Assembly: GCA_040382055.1 (NCBI GenBank) | Contig: JBEIGE010000002.1 | Coordinates: 83,342 to 147,341, forward strand | From: Hylemonella sp. | GTDB taxonomy: Bacteria > Pseudomonadota > Gammaproteobacteria > Burkholderiales > Burkholderiaceae_C | Reading direction: 5' to 3' | DNA: 64,000 nucleotides | Part shown: positions 1 through 7,953 of the stretch, piece after piece | Position numbering within the stretch: position 1 is the stretch's first letter | How the letters are laid out: every line of letters starts with the position of its first letter | Notes under the pieces: model-generated | What the model was told of the DNA's origin: nothing | The model's database searches: none | What the model saw: the letters and a program-made list of their open reading frames with translations, nothing else | Position numbers and translations under genes: made by a program

Positions 1-210
1 GTAAAGGTTGGTACCTGTGATGAACAGGGCGACGATAGCCACCAGGACGATGGGGAAAAAGCGTTTCCACGCAGCCCCCATCAACATAAGGCGCTCTGGT
101 GGCTGCAACAGTGCAACTGCTGCGGGTCGCAATGCCAGCAGCATGAACCCCATACCGCCCATCCAGAAGATGGCCGCTACCAGATGAATCAGTTTGACTA
201 CATCAATCAC
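1..210 (-). CDS. Partial CDS (N-terminal ~70 aa, continues beyond window edge): small polytopic membrane protein, function unassigned
   Basis: My own reverse-strand translation gives a GTG at 210 overlapping the upstream stop (GTGA). It reads MIDVVKLIHLVAAIFWMGGMGFMLLALRPAAVALLQPPERLMLMGAAWKRFFPIVLVAIVALFITGTNLY, two hydrophobic helices, and stays open to position 1. It is absent from the ORF track because it is truncated. Confidence 0.45.
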   Translation of the reverse strand, partial: MIDVVKLIHLVAAIFWMGGMGFMLLALRPAAVALLQPPERLMLMGAAWKRFFPIVLVAIVALFITGTNLY

Positions 211-1127
211 GCTTGCTGAATCCCAGAAAGCATCCACCCGTTGTTGCCCCGGCGTGACTTCATCAAATGCCAGACCTCGCTGAAAAATTCATCCGGCCCG
301 TGGGTTCCATCGTGAATCACACCTGTAAAACGCACGCTCACCAAATAGCGGTCTGCGTCTTCATCTACCTCAATCACTTCTGCATTGATGCTGACCACGT
401 CGGTTTTCTGAATCGTGTTTCCACGGTCTGCGAGTTCCATCTTGAGCTCGGCAAACATCTCGGGCGTGGTGAATTGACGGATTTCATCCAGATCTCCCAT
501 ATCGTTGGCGGCTTGCAAGCGAATAAAGTTGACCTTGGCGTTTCGCTCAAAACCAGCAGTGTCAAAGTCAGCGGGAATCCGGCTTGTGGTTCTGCTTTCA
601 CCAACACCTGAGCCAATAGCCGAACCGATGCTACTGTTACCACTTGCCGGCATCAATACTTTATAAGCAGGTGCATTTTGCCCCGTGCTGTTATTGGTAT
701 CTCGTGCCGTTGCAGAGATCAAATGCGCGTACTGCAAGCCTCCTGGCCCAGTCGCGTTGGACTTTTGCGCGGCGGCACGCTTGCGCATAAAGAAGCCAAC
801 GGCCACCATGACGGCTGCAGCCAGCAAACCAATCATCACCATGTTTGCCAACTCTTCACCAAAGCCCATGTGCGATGCCAAAGCGGCTAAACCCAAGCCA
901 GCAGCAAGACCAGCTATGGGGCCCATCCAAGAACGGGAGGCTGCTGCTGCGCCGGCGGTCGGGGTTGCAGCTGCAGATGCAGCCGCAGGCGCTTTGTCGG
1001 GTGTTGCTTGGCGTTGCGTGCCCATGGATTTGCCTGAGCCCATGCGTTTTGCAGCTTCAGCTTCCATGGCCACGGTTGAAAGACCGACGGTAAAGACCAA
1101 GGCCAAGACAGATAGCAAACGTTTCAT
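207..1127 (-). CDS. Tim44-like domain membrane protein
   Basis: 306-aa ORF with a signal-like N-terminus, an Ala-rich spacer and a TM helix (MVMIGLLAAAVMVAVGFF). The C-terminal ~150 aa show the Tim44-like pattern (FIRLQAANDMGDLDEIRQFTTPEMF...YLVSVRFTG...GWMLSGIQQ). Confidence 0.75.
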   Translation of the reverse strand: MKRLLSVLALVFTVGLSTVAMEAEAAKRMGSGKSMGTQRQATPDKAPAAASAAATPTAGAAAASRSWMGPIAGLAAGLGLAALASHMGFGEELANMVMIGLLAAAVMVAVGFFMRKRAAAQKSNATGPGGLQYAHLISATARDTNNSTGQNAPAYKVLMPASGNSSIGSAIGSGVGESRTTSRIPADFDTAGFERNAKVNFIRLQAANDMGDLDEIRQFTTPEMFAELKMELADRGNTIQKTDVVSINAEVIEVDEDADRYLVSVRFTGVIHDGTHGPDEFFSEVWHLMKSRRGNNGWMLSGIQQA

Positions 1128-1231
1128 AGAAATTTCCTAAAAATATGAAAGAACAGGCGTCAGAATAGGCGTAAAAATGATCTTAATAAACCAGTATTTA
1201 AATGAAAAATACTTCGCAAAAGAAGGAGTGT

Positions 1232-2116
1232 TTAAAGCACTGGCTCCAGTAGGCGGTGCACCAGCGGGTGATGCACCCTCTTTTCGGTGCCAATCGCAAA
1301 AAAATGCTCGGTCACGCCTTCGCAGAGGCCCAAACGCTTTGTTGCGTAGTGGGTTAGCAAATCGTTGTGAACCCATTCCGCGGCCGGGAATACACCCATG
1401 CCGCTGGCACCAAAGGTTTTGAGCAGGGCGCTGTCTTCGAACTCACCCACAATATGTGGCCGGATGGCATGCTGCACCAGCCAGCTGTCAAGACGCGCTC
1501 GCAATGCGGTGTGTGAAGTTGGCAGCAACATGGGCACATCTGCCAAGCTTTGGGGGAAGTTCTTGACGGCTCTATCGACGAGGGCTTTAGAACCGTACCA
1601 GGCGATGGAGGATGACCCCAAGCGATGACTGTAGAGCTTGATGTTGGGGTTGGCCGGGGCTGGACGATCCGACAACACAACGTCCAACCGGTGCAGCGCC
1701 AGATCGCCCAGCAGTTCGTCAAACTCTCCTTCGTGGCACAGTAGCCTCAAATGGGGTTCAGTGATCACGGGTTGGAGCAGGCGGTGCACGACAAGCTTGG
1801 GCAAGCCGTCGGAGATGCCGATGGCCAAGCGGACGTTAGGGGTACTGACAGCGTCGCGTACCAACGCAGGCAGATTTTCACCAAGCCGAAAAATCTCATC
1901 TGCCTGCTGCATGGCAGCCAGTCCCGCCTCCGTTAGCGCCAACCCGCGCCCAGCCGGTTTGAGCAGGGTATAGCCCAGCGAACGTTCCAGTTCACGAACC
2001 TGGGCACTGACAGTTTGTACCGCCATGTCCAATTTGTCGGCGGCCCGTGAGATGCCGCCTTCTTTTGCCACAACCCAAAAATAATACAGATGCTTGTAAT
2101 TGAAGGGGGTTTTCAT
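1232..2116 (-). CDS. LysR-family transcriptional regulator (NhaR-like)
   Basis: The N-terminal wHTH is HLYYFWVVAKEGGISRAADKLDMAVQTVSAQVRELE, followed by a LysR substrate-binding region. Start moved to ATG 2116 (MKTPFNYKHLYYF); cat verified at 2114-2116. Confidence 0.8.
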   Translation of the reverse strand: MKTPFNYKHLYYFWVVAKEGGISRAADKLDMAVQTVSAQVRELERSLGYTLLKPAGRGLALTEAGLAAMQQADEIFRLGENLPALVRDAVSTPNVRLAIGISDGLPKLVVHRLLQPVITEPHLRLLCHEGEFDELLGDLALHRLDVVLSDRPAPANPNIKLYSHRLGSSSIAWYGSKALVDRAVKNFPQSLADVPMLLPTSHTALRARLDSWLVQHAIRPHIVGEFEDSALLKTFGASGMGVFPAAEWVHNDLLTHYATKRLGLCEGVTEHFFAIGTEKRVHHPLVHRLLEPVL

Positions 2117-2217
2117 GCTCAGTTTTTTTGAGAACTTAGGTGAGAAATTATCTGCTTTTTTAGTATGCAAATTACTCCTATCGTTCAGTCTCCTAAATCA
2201 ATTCAAGGAGAAATCAT

Positions 2218-2496
2218 TTGAAATGCCCTAGCTGTACCGACACCACACTGGTCATGACCGATCGCAAGGGAGTTGAAATTGATTACTGCCCCGCTTGTCG
2301 CGGCATCTGGCTTGACCGGGGTGAATTGGACAAGTTGCTGGATCGGGCTGCCACTCTCGCGGCACCCGCCGCTGTTGCGACTGCGCCAATGTCAAGAAGC
2401 CACCACCGATCCGATTTTGAAGACTCTGATTACAGAGACGGACGCCGTCAATCGCGTTCTTACAAAAAGTCGTGGTTAAGTGAAATCTTTGACTGA
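2218..2496 (+). CDS. TFIIB-type zinc-ribbon domain protein
   Basis: Four-Cys ribbon CPSC...CPAC followed by RGIWLDRGELDKLL, then a charged C-terminal tail. TTG start per ORF track. Confidence 0.7.
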   Translation: MKCPSCTDTTLVMTDRKGVEIDYCPACRGIWLDRGELDKLLDRAATLAAPAAVATAPMSRSHHRSDFEDSDYRDGRRQSRSYKKSWLSEIFD

Positions 2497-2629
2497 GGCC
2501 TGAGATGGACCAATGCAAAGCTTCTTCGATCCGGCCATTATGTTTTTGTATGTGGCAACCTGGCCGTTTCGTTAACGTTGAATTAAGGAATACTGGCCCA
2601 AGTATTTCGGTTTCTCTAAATGTATGTTC

Positions 2630-2647
2630 TGATGACTTCGGTCATCA
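2630..2647 (+). promoter_or_regulatory. Perfect 7-bp hairpin with UUCG tetraloop in the long terC-family leader
   Basis: TGATGAC-TTCG-GTCATCA lies 72 nt upstream of the ATG at 2719. A downstream CATCA (about 2663) could pair alternatively with the 5' arm. Confidence 0.3.
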
Positions 2648-2718
2648 AGGACGGCACACCATCAGCAATCGGGTCTTCTGGCGCGGGCCGGCGATTCTCA
2701 ACTTCAAAGGTGCGTGAT

Positions 2719-3471
2719 ATGTTCGAGTGGCTTTCTTCTCCGGAAGCATGGGTGGCTTTGGGAACACTCGTGGCGTTGGAGGTGGTCCTCGGCGTTGACA
2801 ACATCATCTTCATCAGCATCTTGGCGGGAAAACTGCCTGAGCATCAGCGTGCGAAAGCGCGGCAGATTGGTATTGCAGTGGCTGCGATAAGTCGCCTTGG
2901 TCTCTTGTTTGCGATTGCATGGATTGTTTCGCTAACCCAGCCCGTGTTTGATTTTTGGAATAATGATTTTTCATGGCGAGACCTGATTCTCATTGGTGGG
3001 GGAGTCTTCCTTATCGCCAAAGCAGTCACTGAAATGCACAACAAGCTGGAAGGTCCTGACACCTCATCTGGACCTGTCAAGCAAGCTGTATTTGCGGTTG
3101 TTATTTTGCAGATCATGGTCCTTGACATGGTGTTTGCATTGGACTCGATCATTACTGCGGTGGGCATGACGTCATATGTCAGCATCATGGTGATTGCAAT
3201 TTTGGTCGCCACCGGTGTAATGGTGTTTCTCGCCAAAGCGATTCACGAGTTCGTACAAAGGCACCCTACCGTCAAGATTCTGGCGTTGTCGTTCCTGCTG
3301 TTGATTGGCGTTGTACTTATTGCAGATGGCATGGGTCAAGCTGTTCCCAAAGGTTACTTGTACTTCGCGATGGCTTTTGCAATGTTTGTAGAAATTATGA
3401 ATATCCGGTTTCGAAAAGTTAGTTCGCTTCCAGTGTCTTTGCACGAGGTCATTCGAGGCCCCAATGCTTGA
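2719..3471 (+). CDS. TerC-family integral membrane protein
   Basis: Multi-TM protein with the TerC signatures LEVVLGVDNIIFISIL and ALDSIITAVGM. Start placed at ATG 2719 (MFEWLSSPEAW) rather than track start 2620. Confidence 0.85.
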   Translation: MFEWLSSPEAWVALGTLVALEVVLGVDNIIFISILAGKLPEHQRAKARQIGIAVAAISRLGLLFAIAWIVSLTQPVFDFWNNDFSWRDLILIGGGVFLIAKAVTEMHNKLEGPDTSSGPVKQAVFAVVILQIMVLDMVFALDSIITAVGMTSYVSIMVIAILVATGVMVFLAKAIHEFVQRHPTVKILALSFLLLIGVVLIADGMGQAVPKGYLYFAMAFAMFVEIMNIRFRKVSSLPVSLHEVIRGPNA

Positions 3472-3620
3472 AAGGCATGCAGCTTTGATACGGGTGCGTT
3501 TTGTATGTTGCTGAAATGACCTTATCAAACGTGGGGCAACAAGGCCATGCCGGATGAAGCTGTTGCGAACAAGCTGGTTTAATTTTTATCGTTCTTCCAA
3601 ATTTCTCCAGAGTCACAACC

Positions 3621-4244
3621 ATGTCAAGCATTTCAAGTTTGATCAGCATGATTTTGTTACGTCGTCTGCGTGAGAAGATGACGGTGTTTTTAGCAGTCTG
3701 TCTTATTCCTCTCGGTGGCCATGCCCAGAGCGATTCCTGGAAGTGGGGCGTGTACGCTGGCAAGTATTACGATACCGAACCGGCTGGCTTTGTCAACCGA
3801 CGGGCAGACTTCAAGGAGCAGTACTTGCTGGCTGTGAATGCCACCAAAACGGCATGGACCTCAAAAAATTGGCCCGTTGCGATCGAGTGGGACTTGATGG
3901 CCGGTCAGCAAGGAGGACTGGCTTCGCTTACAGAAATTGCCGCCGCGCCTGCACTACGCCTAAGCGGCTTCCCGTGGCGAGAGGTCTTGCGCACAGATTT
4001 GCGTCTAGCACCTTTGGGCGTTTCATATACCAGCAGCATCAGCCCGCTGGAGCGTGGCGTGGGTGGCAATGGCAGCCAATGGCTGAACTTGCTGTTCATT
4101 GAGCTCGCGGTTTTCAGACCCAACCGGGACCGGTTTGAATTTTTTGCAAGACTACATCACCGCTGCACCATCTATGATCTCATCAACAACTATGGGGCTA
4201 ATGGTGAAGACTTCTTTGCACTGGGTTTTCGAAGCCGTTTTTAG
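3621..4244 (+). CDS. Outer-membrane beta-barrel protein, PagL / acyloxyacyl-hydrolase-like
   Basis: Signal peptide (..MTVFLAVCLIPLGGHA|QS), alternating beta-strand pattern and a C-terminal aromatic residue (FRSRF). The tail HHRCTIYD..GANGEDFFALGF aligns, from memory, with the PagL IHYSNAG..NDGIESYSLFY region. The true start may be ATG 3648 or 3678. Confidence 0.45.
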   Translation: MSSISSLISMILLRRLREKMTVFLAVCLIPLGGHAQSDSWKWGVYAGKYYDTEPAGFVNRRADFKEQYLLAVNATKTAWTSKNWPVAIEWDLMAGQQGGLASLTEIAAAPALRLSGFPWREVLRTDLRLAPLGVSYTSSISPLERGVGGNGSQWLNLLFIELAVFRPNRDRFEFFARLHHRCTIYDLINNYGANGEDFFALGFRSRF

Positions 4245-4575
4245 TTGAATGAGGGAAATACAGTGCGTGTTGCCATCGTTGACAATTAGCTGTGCAGAGC
4301 ACCAACCTTATCCACCATTTGGTGAGGTTGAAGCGCCACGAGAATGGAGGAGACTTTAGTGGTCGACTCTAGCTGTGAATGCCCTGTATTACTAAGACTA
4401 ATTCAAATCAGCTATTTCGGCTATGAGCCTTCAGTCGAAATCGTGTTGCCAAATCCGCTTCTCGGGTTTTCAGCAAATTTACAGCCTCTAAGCAGACGCT
4501 CACGAACTAGCGCTCCTGGCCCGCAGCAGGTGTTCCAAGCCCTTGCGTAACAAGGTCAAAGCCATTTATTTACGA

Positions 4576-4595
4576 CCTTAATGACCTGATTAAGG
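4576..4595 (-). terminator. Candidate terminator hairpin downstream of glmS
   Basis: CCTTAAT-GACCTG-ATTAAGG is a 7-bp inverted repeat 44 nt past the glmS stop. There is no clear U-tract. Confidence 0.3.
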
Positions 4596-4638
4596 CTTTA
4601 GTTGTACGGAATAAAAAACTTCCTGACCCCGGACTGAT

Positions 4639-6555
4639 TTACTCCACCGTCACCGACTTGGCCAAATTTCTGGGCTTGTCAACGTCCGTTCCGCGCGCGC
4701 AAGCGGTGTGGTAGGCCAAGAGCTGCAAGGGCACCACATGCAGCAGTGGCGAGAGGGCGCCGTAGTGCTCGGGCATGCGAATCACATGCAGGCCTTCGCC
4801 ACTGTCAATGCGGGTATCGGCGTCTGCCAGCACATACAGCACCCCGCCACGGGCGCGCACCTCATGCAGATTGCTTTTGAGCTTTTCCAGCAGCGCATCG
4901 TTAGGGGCCACGGTAACCACCGGCATCTCGTTGGTCACCAGGGCCAGCGGTCCGTGCTTGAGTTCACCCGCCGGATAGGCCTCGGCGTGGATATAGCTGA
5001 TTTCCTTGAGTTTCAATGCGCCTTCCAGGGCAATGGGATAGTGCATTCCCCGGCCAAGAAACAAGGCGTTTTCTTTTTTGGCAAAGTCTTCAGACCACGC
5101 CATGATTTGCGGCTCTAATGCCAATACAGCCTGCAAGGCGGCAGGCAGGTGGCGCATGGCTTTGAGGTGGCGCAGCTCTTCGGCTCGGCTCAAGTGCCCC
5201 TTGGCCTGCGCCAGGCACAAGGTTAGCAAGAACAAGCCTGCCAGTTGGGTAGTGAAGGCTTTGGTAGAGGCCACGCCAATCTCAACACCGGCACGGGTGA
5301 CATAGGCCAGACTGCATTCGCGCACCATGGCACTGGTGGCCACGTTGCAGATGGTAAGCGTGTGTTTCATCCCCAGGCTTTGGGCGTGGCGTAAGGCAGC
5401 CAGGGTGTCGGCAGTCTCGCCGCTTTGGGTGATGGTGACCACCAGGGTGTTGGGCCTGGGCACTGAGTCGCGATAGCGGTACTCACTGGCCACTTCCACG
5501 CTGCACGGTATTTTGGCAATGCTCTCTAGCCAGTATTTGGCAGTGCAGCCGCTGTAATAGCTGGTGCCACATGCCAGGATGAGCACAGAATCGATCTGCG
5601 CAAACACCCGCGCTGCGTTGGCACCGGGGGCATGGTTCATTTGCAGGTCAAACAACTCGGGCACGATGCCCTCAACACCTTCAAGGGTGTCGGCAATGGC
5701 GCGCGGCTGCTCAAAAATTTCCTTTTGCATGTAGTGGCGGTAAGGGCCCAGTTCGGCAGCGCCACTGTGGGCGAGCACGGTTTTAACCGGGCGCTGCGCA
5801 GGGGCCACAGGCTTGTGGGCCTTGTCAAACAGCCAGTATTTGCCCAACTGCACATCAACCAGATCACCCTCTTCCAGGTAGACAATTTGATCGGTCACAC
5901 CGGCCAGGGCCATGGCGTCGCTGGCCAGAAAGTGCTCTTGCCCGTCTTTGCCCACACCCAGAATCAGCGGTGAGCCCGCGCGCGCGCCAATCAGTCGGTG
6001 TGGCTCGTCTTTGCAAAACACCGCAATGGCGTAGGCACCCGTCAATAGCGGCACCGCGGTCTTGACGGCTTCAAACAGGTCGCCGTCGTAGAGGCTATCG
6101 ATCAGGTGGGCGATCACCTCGGTGTCGGTCTGGCTGTCAAACACATAGCCTTTGGCCTTGAGCGCCAGGCGAAGTTCATCATGGTTTTCAATAATGCCGT
6201 TGTGAACCAGCGCCACCTTGCCGGGTTTGCCCGCAGCGTCAAGGCCAGGGCCGTGGCTGAAATGCGGGTGCGCGTTGTGCACGGCTGGTGCGCCATGGGT
6301 GGCCCAGCGGGTATGGGCAATGCCCAGCGTTCCTTGCAGATCGCTTGCGGCCACCTGATCTGACAGCTCGGACACACGGGAGGTGCTGCGCGCGCGCCGC
6401 AAGCCAGCAAAGCCCGGGGCACTTGGTGTGCCCATGTCCTGGGCATAGACCGCTACGCCACAGGAGTCATAGCCGCGGTATTCAAGACGCTCCAGGCCCT
6501 GAACCAATACCGGAACGATGTTGCGCTTGGAGATTGCGCCGACGATGCCACACAT
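4639..6555 (-). CDS. glmS: Glutamine--fructose-6-phosphate aminotransferase (isomerizing)
   Basis: MCGIVGA provides the N-terminal Cys nucleophile (start set to ATG 6555). A class-II amidotransferase domain is followed by two SIS domains and the C-terminal [12 protein letters not shown]. Confidence 0.95.
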   Translation of the reverse strand: MCGIVGAISKRNIVPVLVQGLERLEYRGYDSCGVAVYAQDMGTPSAPGFAGLRRARSTSRVSELSDQVAASDLQGTLGIAHTRWATHGAPAVHNAHPHFSHGPGLDAAGKPGKVALVHNGIIENHDELRLALKAKGYVFDSQTDTEVIAHLIDSLYDGDLFEAVKTAVPLLTGAYAIAVFCKDEPHRLIGARAGSPLILGVGKDGQEHFLASDAMALAGVTDQIVYLEEGDLVDVQLGKYWLFDKAHKPVAPAQRPVKTVLAHSGAAELGPYRHYMQKEIFEQPRAIADTLEGVEGIVPELFDLQMNHAPGANAARVFAQIDSVLILACGTSYYSGCTAKYWLESIAKIPCSVEVASEYRYRDSVPRPNTLVVTITQSGETADTLAALRHAQSLGMKHTLTICNVATSAMVRECSLAYVTRAGVEIGVASTKAFTTQLAGLFLLTLCLAQAKGHLSRAEELRHLKAMRHLPAALQAVLALEPQIMAWSEDFAKKENALFLGRGMHYPIALEGALKLKEISYIHAEAYPAGELKHGPLALVTNEMPVVTVAPNDALLEKLKSNLHEVRARGGVLYVLADADTRIDSGEGLHVIRMPEHYGALSPLLHVVPLQLLAYHTACARGTDVDKPRNLAKSVTVE

Positions 6556-6689
6556 AGTTTTGCCTTTGATCAATCAATGGCGCATCTTAGATACTCAGAT
6601 CAGAAATAAGCAATCAAAATTAAATAGATAATGATTTTTTATTTCATAACTATCTAGACATAAGTATTTATTTCATTTTTAATATAAAT

Positions 6690-7172
6690 ATGGAACAAAT
6701 CGAAATAGATGCTGTTGATCTGCAATTGCTGGCCCAGCTGCAACGCGATGCCTCCTTGAGCAATCAGGAACTGGCCGCCGCTGTGCATGTCTCCCCGCCC
6801 ACTTGCCTGCGCCGCGTAAAAAGGCTCAAGGCAGTAGGGCTGATCGAACGCGAAATCGCAATTCTGAACCCGCAGCGCATGGCTGCGGTCATCGGTTTTG
6901 GCCTGACTGCGATCGTGGAGATCACGCTGGACCGGCAGGACGCTGAGTCTCTGGCCATGTTTGAAGCCCGTGTGGCCAAGGAAGACGCGGTGCAGCAATG
7001 CTACCGGGTGTCGCCCGGGCCCGACTTTTGCCTGGTGGTGCACACCCGTGATATGCCGGCCTACCAGGCCTTGACGCAGCGACTGCTGACGTTTGAGTCC
7101 AATGTGCGCAACGTGAAGGCGTTCTTCAGCATCAGCCGCAGCAAGTTCGGCACAGAGCTGCCCCTGTACTGA
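6690..7172 (+). CDS. Lrp/AsnC-family transcriptional regulator
   Basis: 160 aa with the HTH LLAQLQRDASLSNQELAAAVHVSPPTCLRRVKRLKAVGLI and a C-terminal RAM/AsnC_trans_reg-like domain. Divergent from glmS across an AT-rich spacer. Confidence 0.85.
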   Translation: MEQIEIDAVDLQLLAQLQRDASLSNQELAAAVHVSPPTCLRRVKRLKAVGLIEREIAILNPQRMAAVIGFGLTAIVEITLDRQDAESLAMFEARVAKEDAVQQCYRVSPGPDFCLVVHTRDMPAYQALTQRLLTFESNVRNVKAFFSISRSKFGTELPLY

Positions 7173-7203
7173 GGCAATGGACTCCATGACGCAGCCTATG
7201 AGC

Positions 7204-7953
7204 TCAGGCTGCAAACACCACGGTTGCGCAACAGCCGCCGCCTGGGGTGGCATTCAGCGCCAAGGTGCCCCCCATACGGGCCAAGGCCCGGCTGGACAGC
7301 GCCAGCCCCACGCCAAGTCCCTCAAACTGGGTGTTGCGATGCAATTGCACAAATGGCTGAAACAAACCAGGCTGCATCAAGCCAGGGTTCAGTGCCGGGT
7401 TGAAGCCTACTCCGTTATCCTGCACACGCAGCGTGATCAGACGGTTGGTGGCATCCACGTTTGCGACTAGCTCCACCAAAGAGACCTCGCGCAAACGGGA
7501 GAATTTCACTGCATTGGCCAGCAAGGGCTCCAAGGCCAGACGCAGCAAGGCCAGGTCAGCCGATAGGGTTGGCAAGTCTTCAGCCAGCACCCACTTGATG
7601 GCCTGCTGGGGATGGCGCAGCGTTAAATCCCGGGTAATTTCCTGCATCAATGCCTGCAGGGAAACCGGCTGTTGCGACAGCGCCACCGAGCCCACGCGGG
7701 ACAAGGCCGTCAGGGCATCGAGCATGAGGCTTAAATGACCGGCTGCGTCAGTGATCGTGTTCAGAAAACCCCGCACTTCTGCGCTGAGTTGCGGCCCGGC
7801 ATCTTCCTGCACCAGCGCTGCATAAGACACGATGTGCCGAAGCGGTGCGCGCAGGTCATGCGACACCGTAGCAGTGAAGGTCTGCATCTCACTGCGCAGC
7901 GCAGCCAGCTCAGCCTCTAGCTGCGCAATTTGAAGCTCAAGCGAGTTTGACAT
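7204..7953 (-). CDS. Soluble sensor-less histidine kinase (coiled coil + HisKA + HATPase_c only)
   Basis: H-box TVSHDLRAPLRHI (His32), N-box LLANAVKFS, G1 DNGVGF, G2 GLGVGLAL. There is no TM, PAS or GAF domain, only about 27 aa of coiled coil before the H-box. The start overlaps the glmU stop (TGATG). Confidence 0.8.
   Translation of the reverse strand: MSNSLELQIAQLEAELAALRSEMQTFTATVSHDLRAPLRHIVSYAALVQEDAGPQLSAEVRGFLNTITDAAGHLSLMLDALTALSRVGSVALSQQPVSLQALMQEITRDLTLRHPQQAIKWVLAEDLPTLSADLALLRLALEPLLANAVKFSRLREVSLVELVANVDATNRLITLRVQDNGVGFNPALNPGLMQPGLFQPFVQLHRNTQFEGLGVGLALSSRALARMGGTLALNATPGGGCCATVVFAA

Noticed and set aside
2505-2717. 70-aa upstream ORF ending 1 nt before the terC-family ATG (possible leader peptide).
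   Set aside because: It has no RBS, a Cys/Arg-rich nonsense-like sequence, and is far longer than known leader peptides. I kept only the RNA-structure observation.
2497-2718. yybP-ykoY manganese riboswitch upstream of the TerC-family gene.
   Set aside because: The conserved cores (GGGGAGUAG, UUGACAUA, AGCAAGACC) are not visible. It cannot be called without a covariance-model search.
4344-4550. 68-aa ORF in the glmS downstream gap.
   Set aside because: It has no Shine-Dalgarno sequence, an implausible composition and no recognisable motif. I treat the region as non-coding.
4245-4638. Tn7-like element or its ends at the glmS attachment site.
   Set aside because: There are no tnsABCD-like ORFs and no TGTGGG-type terminal repeats or 22-bp TnsB-site arrays that I can see. 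Only the unusual spacer length remains.
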